DNA of 63,997 nt, the filler included, from Streblomastix strix (Eukaryota), in assembly GCA_008636045.1 (NCBI GenBank). It is 4 parts of 4 records of this genome, joined end to end, with 100 filler letters (N's around TTAATTAATTAA, not from the genome) between each part and the next. Parts side by side here need not be neighbours in the genome. Positions count along the whole stretch, not along the records: positions 16,095 to 32,087 come from SNRW01000890.1; positions 32,188 to 48,173 come from SNRW01000891.1; 2 more parts are not named here. One strand, written 5' to 3'. The position numbers were made by a program, and so were the translations under genes. Under the pieces are notes generated by a model, which did not search any database, was not told the origin of the DNA, and was given only the letters and a program-made list of their open reading frames with translations. Below are positions 25,035 through 37,640 of the stretch, one piece after another (position 1 is the first letter of the stretch; each line of letters starts with the position of its first letter).

Positions 25035-28000
25035 ATGAGTGATTTCCATCAACTATTTGAAGTGATTCTCCTGGCCATTCCCCGAACAATGTGTATAATT
25101 TGTAGCCATTTTAAAGTCTGTAACAAATCGGATGACGTTCTGGTACAATTTCACCAGCAAACGTCCGCCGAACATGGACTCATACTAGACACCAAATTAC
25201 GCCATCATAGTAATGCAAAACCAGATGCAGGTCGCCGAGCAGCCGCAACCGACGTTTGTGATCGCGTTCCACCAGAAAATTGAGATAGACCCACTGGACA
25301 CTGAATAAACGATAGCAACTTTAGAAGATGTAACATTGAACGCGAAAACTGCAGCGCGCGCTATTGGCTGGACACTCGAGGCAATAATCGTCGCAGATCG
25401 AATTTTACGAGGAAGAACAGTTAGTATAGAAACTCGTGGAGATTAGACTTCGAGCAGAGCAGGCGCAGATTTGGTAAAGCAAAAGAGACCACCGAAACAC
25501 AATAATCCACCAGCGAAACCGATTCTCGCTTTTGATCAAGTCCTCGCAGACCTAGAAACAAAATTGCTGCAACAGTACAGATTGCTACAGGGAACACTGA
25601 CATAAATCGTGAAACGGGACTGGATTACAACTCTAAAATTCAATTTGTTCATATTCATAAGAGTATTCGACACGATTTACAAGGTAATCATGACGCGAGC
25701 ACTGATGGACACGACAGAGCAAGGGAACCTGCTGAAAACGTAACCTTCACCAGTAATACGTCCAGGATTCAATAATTAGATGCTGAGGTCGTTACGAGCA
25801 TTGCCCCAGACAGAGGGAGCACGTTTTGCTTCTGAAAATACGTTATTAACGAGAATTGTAAGCTTTACAGGATAACTGGACTAGGAACTGAAGAATCTGA
25901 CCACGCAACAAGTTATTGTCATGATTAGGAGCAAGCCAGAGATAATGCCACCAGAATGGGCTCAGGATCTAGCAAGAAAACCGATACCAGAAACCCAACT
26001 GACTGCGTTTTTACCACTACTGAGTCAATTACAGCAATTGAGCTTGAATCCGTACACACCACTCAATCCTTTTTACAACCAGCTCTCTCAACAATAGATA
26101 TAGTGATAATAACAATAATACCTCTTCCAATACTCAGGGTAACCAATGCAAAACCTGATTTAATCAATTCAGTTACCAGCTATTCCACTTCTGAATCTGT
26201 TTTTACCAACGGTGAACCCACCGTAAACACAAATAAGCGAACCCCGATTACTAAGTAATAAAAATGTAAGAGATTAGCAGAGTTCAGGTTAACCAAGTCA
26301 ATAGATGGAACAAGCTGCAATATAAACAGTTGAAAGATCGAGACAAAAAGAATCAACACCCAGAGATAAAAACAATCTATTAATTTTACCAATACCAGCA
26401 TATCTACAACAATAAACTCCTCGAATACCACTGCTACCCTACACTACAGAGAGAAATCAAAAGTAGAGACGGAGTTAAAGATCATTATCTCCACCACATA
26501 AAAAAGCAGATGAATCGGAGTATGATGAGTTTCTGGATGCAATAATACAGGAAATGACAATGTCATACTTACCGTTACATATGATTGACAAAAAGAAGAT
26601 ATAGAGAACATGATAAAATAGAGGATACGATTTGGTCAGAGATCCCAATGTGATCAAATTCAAGAATTCGAAATGGCACAGCAAGCTGACAACACAGAAG
26701 CTCTTCACATTTAGAGATTGTAGAGAGTTCTGGTCAGATGCGGCTTCTCTCATTGGAACAAATCTATTGAACCAACGGAGACGAGGACTTGTTCGAGGAT
26801 GATGAATGCCGAAGATAAATGGAGAAACAGAAAGACATTGAGTTTAAAGAAAACAATAGACTAAGAATCAATTGCAATCCCAACTACAGCAATCACAAAT
26901 ATAAAAAGATCTTGAAGTAAATGAAAACTAGACACAAAGGCGCTCAGAGCTAAAGAATCTCATTTCACCCATACAATCCGATTCAAGTACTCAAACAAAT
27001 TTAAACATAGACTACAATTGCATAAGTCCATAACACAATATACCCCACATTTTCAACTCTTCACCCCTTCAACAACACGTACCGTCACCCACATTGGATG
27101 AAACATTAGATATATTAAGAACAATTTCCATTGGAGACCTACGAAGACATAAGGAAAAAGAACACGAATGGAAATTATCAAAACTACAACAATATGCAGG
27201 ACTAATGGATGTAGTTGAAAGGATACACGAAATAATGAAACATATAATTGAAGAAAAAAAGAAGAAGAAACGCCAAGTCACGTTAGCAGGACAAATCGAA
27301 AGATATGCGAAATAGAATGATCCCTCCTTTTTTTCCATCAAAGAACTATCGCCAATACCAACAGCTAGACGCAAAGACCTAGACCTTTCAGAAGAACAAT
27401 GGAATTAATTTGATATGGACACACGCGAGGGCGTAGTCCCCTATTGTCTTTGGCTAACCGATAACCTCGAAGCATGGGCAAATCTGCCCAATTGGATCGC
27501 ATATATCTCGAATAAAAAGGTATCAATGATGGAGTGGCTGAATTCATTAATGCACACTCTTAGATATATTAATCAATACCAAAAACAATAGTTGATTTCA
27601 TCACATATGTTGTAGAACAAATCATAGAATAATTAGAAACAGATGATAAAGATCAAGAAGATTTAACGAACGAACTAGAAAGAATAGTAGCTGATGGATT
27701 TGATGATTATGGAGATGAAGACCAATCTGAGCACAGAAACGATCCAAAGCACTTCATTAACAGAAACGATGGGCTCAGAAGGAGTGATAGCAGGACGCAG
27801 GTTCAGGCAATTATCAGCTTAGAAGCGAATTCATTGATCAATATCACAAAATATCCGCCAATATTTTACTTCACAATGTAAATTGATCAGATGGACTCGG
27901 AAGAAACGGTTGCTGGACGTAGCTATAGGCAACTATCAACGAAAATGGACCCTTAAACCACCAAGCAATCGATAATACTGGCAATGAAGACAATAATGAG

Positions 28001-28490
28001 CAAGCAAACGACAATAGAATCGGAGAATAATAATAAAATAACTAAGGATTCAGCAACGAAATCCAACATTAACAAGATAGTGTAAATAATAACCCAGAGG
28101 AAATAGGATCGCTTCATACAACCTATCCCGAACAAGAACTAGGAAATCCAAACATTTCACAATCCAATAGCTAGCTCTACGTAATCACCACTCCTCCAGA
28201 ATTAAGATATGTTAAGGGGAAAGTTGTAGAATTGAAATTATGAATACAACAAAGCAACGACTATGAAACCTGATGCAAAACAAGCTCGTCCAATTTCATG
28301 TCCGATAAATCCTTAAGGAGTAGCAAAGCTAGAGCCAACTCCGACTCTCCAAATCAATTCACATCTCTGTATGAGCGGAGAAAAAATGCAGATATAGCCC
28401 AAACTACAGAGGAAAAGTCAGCAAAACTCTCCAAAGGCAACAGTACCAGTATAGGATCCATGAAACAGAAGTAATGATCCAAATCCCAGA
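25035..28490 (+). mobile_element. Unclassified decayed repetitive element (GC-elevated, intronless, broken ORFs)
   Basis: Abrupt rise in GC and an A-rich + strand. Protein-like frames are interrupted by TGA (e.g. ...IDKKKIQRT*QNRGYDLVRDP). Possible Zn-binding start CIICSHFKVC...H...H. No RT, integrase or transposase motif recognised. Confidence 0.45.
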
Positions 28491-28759
28491 GTAGTTATGA
28501 GAATATGGAGAGTGCCCCATATAGAAAAATAAAATAAATAATGTTAAATAAAATAATGAATATAAAATAATGAAAATAAATAATAATAATAAATAATGAT
28601 AAATATTTAATGAAAAATAAAAATAAGCACTTGATTAAAAATTAATGATTATATGATATTGAATATAATTATTAATATTAATTAATGAAGTTGATTAATG
28701 AATCGATTAGTGATGTATGATTTTTGAACGTATGGCACTCTCCATATTCTCATAACTAC
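28491..28759. repeat. Perfect 26-bp inverted repeat bracketing a 217-bp AT-rich core (MITE-like or DIRS ICR-like)
   Basis: GTAGTTATGAGAATATGGAGAGTGCC at 28491-28516 and its exact reverse complement at 28734-28759. Confidence 0.85.
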
Positions 28760-28872
28760 ATAGTAAGATTGATGGAGTTAGTTGATGGATTTTATTAATG
28801 GAAACCTAAAATTATTGGTGAATTCGTTAGTGAAAACCATTATAAATTGAACATTGAATTTTGAACGTTTAT

Positions 28873-28990
28873 AGTGTTCGGAGTGTTCCGAGTCATAAAA
28901 CATTGATGAATTTTATGAAATTGGCACGTTAAAATGTTTTATGTATTGAATGACTTTTAGGTGTTCCGAGTGTTCCGAGTGTTCCGAGTC
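28873..28990. repeat. Two blocks of 9-bp direct repeats (AGTGTTCCG x2 and x3, each ending AGTCA) 65 bp apart; candidate iterons
   Basis: 28873-28894 agtgttcgg-agtgttccg-agtc; 28960-28990 ggtgttccg-agtgttccg-agtgttccg-agtc; ends 77 bp from the helicase stop codon. Confidence 0.8.
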
Positions 28991-29067
28991 AAAAACTTTT
29001 ATAAAAAAGCTGTGGCCAACTGGACAACTGACCAATAATTGAGGAAAAAATAAATTTATTTAATGGT

Positions 29068-31106
29068 TCAAACGTTAGCCTCTTCATTTGCATCCTCATT
29101 TGCATCTTCGTTGATGTCTTGGTCTTCTTCTCTTAATCTTTCATAAAATTTTATTAAATCTTCATTCAATTTATATAACCATGTTCGTTTTCCTAATATT
29201 GTTTTATATATTCTTTGACATTTATTTTTTATTTATAATTAGAATGATTTTTCTTTAACATCGAATGGTTTAAATTATAGTGCTATAGTGCAAGGCACGC
29301 CTTCCTTAAACGCTTAATAATTTTATAATATAACATCATCAAGTTATGAACGAGATGCTCTAATTATATCCTTTTTCGCTTCTGTGAATGCAATAATTCT
29401 TTAGTTCCAACCTTCAATATTTCTGGTCATAAAATAAGTAAATAAATTGTTGTAAAATTCAGTAGTGAAGCCATTAGATAGAGATGTGAAATATTCGACG
29501 TCGTCCCTATGAACTGCCTTACATCTGCATACAACATAACGCCAATCGTTTGCTTCAATCTTAATAGCGAAATCATTATTTGCTACCATTATCAAATTCA
29601 TTACATTTTCTGATGTTCTATGAGGTTAATTTTTTTCATTTATTCTTATTTGATTATCGGTTATAATTGACTTCAACGCGTCCATGTTTGAATATCTCGC
29701 TTCTCCAAAATTTTTAAGTTCATTGGCTATTCCAAGCATTATATTTTCAACGACCGAATTAAATTGGCCAGTAAATTCGCTTATATCTGTAATATTTTTA
29801 ATTGAATAGCCAGCCAATAATTCACATAAAACATCTGTAAATCTGTTCTTGCCTATTCCTTAACTGTCTTATAGTATCAATGCCACCTCTGATTTTACAC
29901 CTACATTTTATATAACAAATGCAATCCAATTGAGGATATATTTATATAAATCTTCATCATCTGCTGCTATTGTTTCAAATATTAATTCTAAATAATCATT
30001 AATTAGGTCCTCATTAACTGCGGATAATTATTAATATTTATAACCTTAAAATATACTGAAAACGTCTTATTCATGACTCATAAATTTTATTGCTCTCAGT
30101 GCGAATAAAGGATTATATTTTTCTAGAACATGTTTTAATGTTATTTTCTTTTATCCATCTTCCCATAATCTAACCATTTGCAACTAATCATAAGCTGCTG
30201 TTTTGTTCATTTATTAAATTTTATTTTTTTTATTTACTGCATCGTATTATTTAACTATGAATACTTAACCGCCATCACATGGTGCAGTTCGTAATATTCT
30301 GGTTAGGTCCTGAGCTATTGGTTCATATTCATTATATTTATAGATACCATTTTATAACTTTTTTTACATGTCAAATAGTGTGAAACTATCTTTTAAATCA
30401 ATTTTTTATACTTCAATTTAATTTTACATCTTTTTTCATTCACCTACATAGGCATTACATATTCTTAATAATATTTTGGATTATATTTTTTAATTATTTT
30501 TTATAAAACGAATGAATGCGATTATTTTTATTCATATCATTTTTTGGCCACATCAAATAATTATTTTGCTCTATCAGTTAAATTATTATTAATTTTTATT
30601 TTTTCATATGTTTCTTAAATGTATTGATTATCAATTCCTTTAATATTGATTAAACTATTAATTGCTGCAAATAATGGAAGTTAAGTTATTTCATCATTTA
30701 AATTATGACCCTGTGAGTCGTTATGTATTTCAAGACCACTTATTTCTTTACATAACATAATCACGAAATCCTTTTTAATATCGATTAATCCTGTTGGTTG
30801 TAGCAGTGGTTTGTCTTATTCATTATGTTATTCTTTTTAATTTGGCATGACTTATTAATTTACATCTAAATCTATTCCGAATATGTTCAAAATTTGTCCT
30901 AAATCACATAAATTTATTTTATTTAAATAATCATTTATAGCCTCATATTAATATATAACTTTAATTTCACCAATTTATTCGTTCTAATCTTCAATTTATT
31001 TTGTTGCTTTAATTCTATCACGTATTTTTGACCCACTTTACATTATCCATCGCTATTTGTCATCAACACATGCAAATATATCTACATTAAAATTATCACA
31101 TTTATA
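29068..31106 (-). pseudogene. Decayed Prim-Pol-linked SF3 helicase (D5/NrS-1/DUF5906-like) replicase of a virus-like element
   Basis: Code-6 frame: YILNWIAFVIQNVGVKSEVALILQDSQGIGKNRF (Walker A), MLGIANEL (Walker B), LKSIITDNQIRINEKN, NLIMVANN (motif C), DWRYVV (normally DRR). Lesions: frameshift in the T-run ~30431-30436, in-frame TGA at 30537-30539, Walker A first G changed to D. Confidence 0.85.
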
Positions 31107-31145
31107 TGTGAATATTTATGATTATAATAAATTTCCAATCATTGA

Positions 31146-31788
31146 TAAGACAGGTAAATCATGTTCAGGTAGAGCAATCGATATATCAAAATGTTAAAAT
31201 CTTGCTGTTGTTGATATTGATATAAATAAAAATTTAGATAAATTAATTTAAAAATAAATTCGAGAACCAATCGTTGAAAAAATGACTTAAAATGTGGGAT
31301 TAATCAAAACAGCACATGAAGGACTTCATATTTATTGTGATATCAATGGATTTGAATTATAGAGAACATCAAATATATAAGTTTATAAATGTGATAATTT
31401 TAATGTAGATATATTTGCATGTGTTGATGATAAACAAAGATGGATTATGTAATGTGGGTCGAAAATACGTGATAGAGTTAAAGCCACAAAATAAATTGAA
31501 GATTAGAACGAATAAATTGGAGAAATTAAAGTTATATATTAATATGAAGCTATAAATGACTATTTAAATAAAACAAATTTATGCGATTTAGGATAAATTT
31601 TGAACATATTTGGAATAGATTTAGATGTTAATTAATAGGTTATGCCAAACTAAAAGGAATAATATAATGAGTAAGAAAAACCACTAATACAACCAACAGG
31701 ATTAATCGATATGAAAAAGGATTTTGTGATTATGTTATGTAAAGGAATTAGTGGTCTTGAAATACATAACGACTCATAGGGACATAAT
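31146..31788 (+). pseudogene. Inverted fragment of the Prim-Pol (AEP) N-terminal domain of the same replicase
   Basis: KTGKSCSGRAIDISKCQNLAVVDIDINK (DxD) ... KTAHEGLHIYC (His motif) ... GLEIHNDSQGHN; its 3' half is an inverted, non-identical copy of ~30700-31106. Confidence 0.8.
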
Positions 31789-32087
31789 CCATCTTTGTTT
31801 ATCATCAACACATGCAAATATATCCACATTAAAATTATCACATTTATAAACTTATATATTTGATGTTCTCTATAATTCAAGTCCATTGATATCACAATAA
31901 ATATGAAGTCCTCCATGTGCTGTTTTGATTAATCCCACATTTTAAGGCATTTTTTCAACAATTGACTCTCGAATTTATTTTTATATTAATTTATCTAAAT
32001 TTTTATTTATATCAATATCAACAACAGCAAGATTTTGACATTTTGATATGTCGATTGCTCTACCTGAACATGATTTGCCTGTCTTAC
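31782..32087 (-). pseudogene. Second Prim-Pol N-terminal fragment, minus strand, cut by contig end
   Basis: NLAVVDIDINK...KTAHGGLHIYC; about 11 differences in 300 bp from the + copy at 31146-31445. Confidence 0.8.
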
Positions 32088-32187
32088 NNNNNNNNNNNNN
32101 NNNNNNNNNNNNNNNNNNNNNNNNNNNNNNNTTAATTAATTAANNNNNNNNNNNNNNNNNNNNNNNNNNNNNNNNNNNNNNNNNNNN
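32088..32187. other. Artificial contig-joining linker
   Basis: N44-TTAATTAATTAA-N44. Confidence 0.97.
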
Positions 32188-35090
32188 ATTCTAAAAGATC
32201 AAATTAAAGAAATTAAAAACGAAAAAAAAGAAAATAATAAGAATGAAGATTAATAAAATAAGCAACAATAAAATCCTAAATTAAAACCAGAAATAAATTT
32301 ACAAACGCAACCGTTAACATCTTATTAAACCTCAAATTAAGCAAAACATATTTCCCCTAATTTTCATTCTTCATCAGTTACACCGATTTTAGATGAAAAG
32401 ATTGAGAAAGAAAAAGAAAAAGAAAAGTAATAAAATTAGTAAACTAAAGTAAATTTAGAAAAAAAGAAAGAAAAATAAAATAAAGAAATATCATCTGAAA
32501 AAGAAACTGAAACTGAAGATATTAGTAATAAAAATAAAGATAAATCATAATAATTAAAATAATAAGAATAAACTCCTCTAATTTAATCACTTAATAGTTC
32601 CAATTCTCAGTTGCAATTACAAGAAAAGAATAAAAGTAAGAAAAAAAAGAAGAAAAAAAAATATAACTAAGAATTTTGGAACACATCATATCCACCCTCA
32701 AATAAAGCTCTACCTCCAATTCCACCTACAAATAAAATTGAATAAGTTGAAGTGAAATAAAAAGAATAGTAAAATAAAGAAAACATTGAAAATTAAAAAG
32801 AAAATAATTAATACAAAGAAAAAGATACAGATTAAGAGAAAGATAATGAAAATGAGAACTAAAAAGAGAATAAAACTGAAATTTAAAGGGTAAATAGTAC
32901 AGAAACAGTCAATCGAATAAATAAAACTCCAAATCGTCTTTCTATTTGGGAAAGGTATAAATTGAAACAATAATAACAATAATAAGTTTCAGCATAAATT
33001 GCGTAATAAGAGTTATAAAATAAATCTAATTATTAACCAAATAGAAATGTTACCAATCAGAAAAGAGCTATTTCAGTAGACAAATACAGGAACAGTATTG
33101 ACAATTCACAGTTCAACTCATTGAAGCGAAACAACAGATTACAAAATCGTGGAATCTCTCCACTTACAAATATTTTAAATTCATCATAACAATCAAATAT
33201 TAACACTTCAAATTCACAAATTTCTCCATCTTATGGCTAATCAATAAGTAAAGATCAATTCAATACAACTATTTCATCATAATACTAAGTAGGAACTATT
33301 CTTCCATCAGGAGCTGTTTTGAAAGGAAACTTCACAATTCCTATAGTTCCTGCAACTGCATCTTTCTTGAACCCGACGTTTTCATCACAATTGAAGACAA
33401 ATTCAGCACCCATTCAAAAAGATAGAACTTAAGCTCATACAAATTTGCCTAAATCAGGACCAGGTGGATAAGGAGCTAATTAAGGAAGCACTCACCTATA
33501 ATAGTAATTGCAATCATCTGGATCAGGAACAGATCTTTCTTCTACTCTTGACTCGAGTCCATTGAGAAACTCTCCTTCAAATCCTTCGCTTGCATTGACT
33601 GAAAATAATTCATCAAACACAAATAATAATTCAAATATCAATACAAACACCGAATTAGGACCAATAAAGGAAAATGAAGACAATACCAACAATTAATATT
33701 ATTAATCTTCATCAATACTTTTCCCATCACAACAAACTATCTCTCCAAGTTAAGCCAATCTACATGATTAATCAAATTTTCAATCATGGCTGCAGAATCA
33801 GAATCAGAATGGATCTGGAGATTCAAAATAGCGTAATAGGTATGACAATTCAAGATCTTTTTCATCAGATGAATAAAATAGATCTTAGAGCTAATAATAA
33901 AACAAAAATAGAATGTTTAATGCATAATCTGCTTAAAATGGCATCAGTTATAGTAAAAACAGCAACAGTAATTCAAAACAAAATACTTAAAGATTACAAA
34001 ATGAAAAATTCGAATCATAACAATTAAATGGCCATGATAACGATAGAAGAGACGATAGACATAGAAATTCAATTGATGGATCCAATGCTAGCAACAATAA
34101 TAATAAATATAATCTATATGACAAACAATAATCAAATCAGATCAATAATCCAGAATAATCTCCAATTCCACCCGTTCGAAGCAGTGCAACTTTTCCTGCA
34201 AATTATCTGAAATCAAAACCCAAAACCGATTTGCCATTTATAAATATTTCTCCATCAGCAACAAACCTCATATAAAGCACTTCATCTACTCCATATACAA
34301 ATTCACTCTAATTGATGTAGTCAAATTCATCATCTTCTTTTGTGCAGTTGTTTAGTCCTGTTTCACCTCATGGATCTTCGCAAACTGCGACTTTTGGATA
34401 TCCTCATAACTAATCTTCTTCATCATATAATAATAATAATTAATCTTCAAATTCTGGTTTAAATGCATCAAACACTTTGAATCAATTAAATAAATAACCT
34501 TCAATTCAAACGCAAATAATTTCATCATCCAAAAACTTCCCATAGGCATTCTTGAAGTCTAATTCTTCAAATTCATCTTCAGTTACTACTTAATAATCTT
34601 CTAATATTTTCCCTATGAATTTCTTGAAACAAAATCAAGAATCATCATCTTAATCATCATCATCACAATCCACAACAGAACCCAAGAAAGAAAAATTTTC
34701 AGGTCTTTCTCTTTTTTCACCACAATTCACAACATCAAACTTATCATCTCAAATTATCTCACCATCAACAGTCTCATCTTCATTAGCATTATCTTCATTC
34801 TTCAACAATCAAGTTAATCCTCTTTATTAATAATCAAATACTCCAACAGCAACATCCAATCTTAGATCTCAGAGTGCTGATTTGAAAAAAGGGTTTGAAA
34901 GAAGTGGGATGAACTATGAATATGTTGGTAAGTCATACAAAAGCAACACTAATTAGGATAATAAGTTTGGGACTGAAAATAAAGAAAGTACCAATGAAAA
35001 TAATAAGGGAAAAGAGAAAGAGAAAAATAATAAGAAAGAAACTTGATAAGAATGCCAATTTGATGAAAATGGATGTTTAGGAATAGTTTT
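32188..35090 (+). CDS. Portion of a large S/Q/N/K-rich low-complexity protein (5'-truncated; 3' end uncertain)
   Basis: One code-6 frame from the contig start (ILKDQIKEIKNEKK...PPSNKALPPIPPT...QSSGSGTDLSSTLDSSP...LDKNANLMK region). The track ORF 33508-33696 lies in this frame. Confidence 0.65.
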
Positions 35091-35600
35091 TTTTGTATGT
35101 ATATATAAGTATTTTCTTTTTAAGTTTAATATTTTTTTTTAAAAATCGTTTAAGTTTCTAATCTGATTTATTTTTATATTGTTTATTATTAAATTCTACG
35201 ATTTTATTAACAAACTTTTTCTGAAATTGAAAATATTTCTTCTATGCAATTACATTTCAAAACATTTTCATTATTGGATAAAAATCGTATGATTATCAAG
35301 GGAATTTATTAATTATCATTCTTACATTGAAAGAACATTTTAAGTCAATTATGATCATATGAAATTTTTTATTATTATCTTAATTTTATATTCGTGTTTT
35401 TTTTTTCTAAATTTCTTTTTTAATCAAATTAATTTAATTTTTTTTATGTTGAATTGTTAATCAATGAAAAAGAAGGTAATAAAAACATTATAATAAGTAA
35501 TTTTTTTAAATATTATTATAAATTACAAATTGTATAAGGCGAACAAAATAAAACCATAATCTGAAAAAATCAAAGAAATCCTAACTGAGTTAATTTAGAA

Positions 35601-37038
35601 ATGGGTAGTTAAACATCAAGCAATAACTATTTCATGTTAAAGAAAACAGGTATAAAAATGGATAGAAATAAATAACATAAGATTGAATTAAAATTTAATG
35701 AGAAAACATTGAATTTAAGAAAATTTGAAAAATTGAATAGCGAAGAGAAAATTAATATAAAATAATTCAGAAAAAGTAAATAAAATTAATTATAAGAAAA
35801 AATTAAACAGAATATACCTGAAAAAGAATCAACTAGATTGAATAAAAGCAAAATTTAATAAAATGAAAATTAAGATGGAAATGAATAATTATAAGAAAGA
35901 TTTCATTCAATTGAATATATTAATAAAAAAATAAAAAACAGAGATAGTTCTAGAATAATCAAAATGATAAACAATGGATTGATGAATTGGTTGAGTTAAG
36001 AGATAAACAAATAAATTTTAAATGAAAACAGAGAAAATAAAATGAATGATATAAATTTGACATTATAATTTCTAGTTAAAAACAAAGCAAAAATAAGCCG
36101 AGTAATTTTTGAATAAACAGATTTTGTTGATCAACATATCCAACTATTAGATTCTCTTCATCAATAATAGAATAAAAATGAATATCTAACTCCTCTTCAA
36201 ATTTTATCATATTTCCCTCCAATTGACTAAAAAAAGAAATTATTTGAAAAGGGAGTAATATAGTCAATGATAAAGATGCTTACATTTGGAGATGCTTAAA
36301 CCAGAGTTAATGCGATAATAATAACTAAAAATATCATTCTCTCTGGGTATATTGGATTGAAGGAAAATGAATAACATCCATATTATAAATAATTGTTAGC
36401 CGATGGTTCAATATAAAAGCTTATTCAGAGATATTAAGTGGAATAAATCTACGATATTTGTGTTTATTATGCATCAATATTCACTTTTCTCTTCAAAACT
36501 CATCCACTTCCAATGGAAATTTCCTTAAAAGCTATAATGAATCTTAATGGTAAATCTGAATTTGATAAAATCGCTATTCTTGCTGAATGTAGAGGTTATT
36601 TTATTATTGTTAAATAATATTTATATGATTTTTTCTATTTTTATTACAGAAAATCATAGTGCAATCTTTAGTTAAAGTTTTGATCTTAGATTTTACAATT
36701 AGTGGCAGAAATCATTAGAAATATTGGGCATATATCAAAATGTCATTAAGTTTGGAACATATTAAAATAGGAAGAAGACAGCTGTTTAAATTAAGCAGAA
36801 TGTTGAGTAATTAACTATAGATAATTATATATCATTTCTTTCTTCTAGAAATAAATGGAGTAAAAAATATTTGATATTTGTAAAGTAAAAGACAAAAGAT
36901 GTTTTACTTCAAATTAAATGTGTTGATGAATAGATAGAAGAAGAGGGAGATTTTGAAGAAATTAATGCAGAAGATTTAAAATCAAGTAACAGAATTAAAG
37001 ATCCTATGATGCAACTTTTGTTTGGTTCACTATATTGA
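35601..37038 (+). CDS. ARM-like repeat protein with N-terminal MGxxxS (possible myristoylation) motif, one intron
   Basis: MGSQTSSNN...GLKENEQHPYYKQLLADGSIQKLIQ...FLFKTHPLP...AILAECR|ENHSAIF (intron ~36595-36649)...LFGSLY-TGA. Paralogous to the C-terminus of the gene at 48274-53166. Confidence 0.72.
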
Positions 37039-37339
37039 TTCAATTGATCTTTAGATTAATTAAATATAAAAAAGAATGTCTTTTTGAACATGGTAAAAAT
37101 GCAAAGATTTATTTTTTGTAAATAAAATATTTGTTAGTTAACAAAAATGCAAATAATTTGATAATAATAGAGAAGATTTATTAAATAAACATATAGTTAT
37201 AGAAGAATATTCAAAGAAATTACAGCGAATAATAATTTTTCTAAAAAAGTTATTATTGATTGTAAAGTCCATAAATCAGTTAAAAAGAAACAAAGAAGTG
37301 TTTTCACTCACAAATTAAAATAAAACTATAGTACTTTAT

Positions 37340-37640
37340 CCTATATGTCTGTTTAACTGATAAAAATTCATTTCTTGTCTTATAAAATTATTCTTTTCTT
37401 CTTCTAACTCTTGAGTAATGCAATCATACCAACAACTCTGAACATATATTTGATTCTCTTATCCTTGATCTTGCTATAAGTATTCTCCAATTTATGTGTT
37501 GGTAACTATTCAGTGAACCACTTGTGCTGTAATGATTCATCATCTGGAAAGCGTTTGGTAAGTTCAACTTAAAGCATCTTAGAAATCAGATCTTTAGCTT
37601 GTGAACTGATTGCATCCCAATATAGAGATTCAAATTTTTA
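37340..37640 (-). pseudogene. C-terminal fragment of a CaMK1/MLCK-like protein kinase
   Basis: FESLYWDAISSQAKDLISKMLQVELTKRFPDDESLQHKWF matches the CAMK C-lobe pattern W..IS..AKDLI..ML......R......L.H.W. No intact catalytic motifs seen upstream. Confidence 0.6.

Noticed and set aside
29068..32087. Bacterial or phage contamination as the source of the primase-helicase
   Set aside because: It uses TAA/TAG as sense codons throughout and lies on a contig with an intron-containing host gene.
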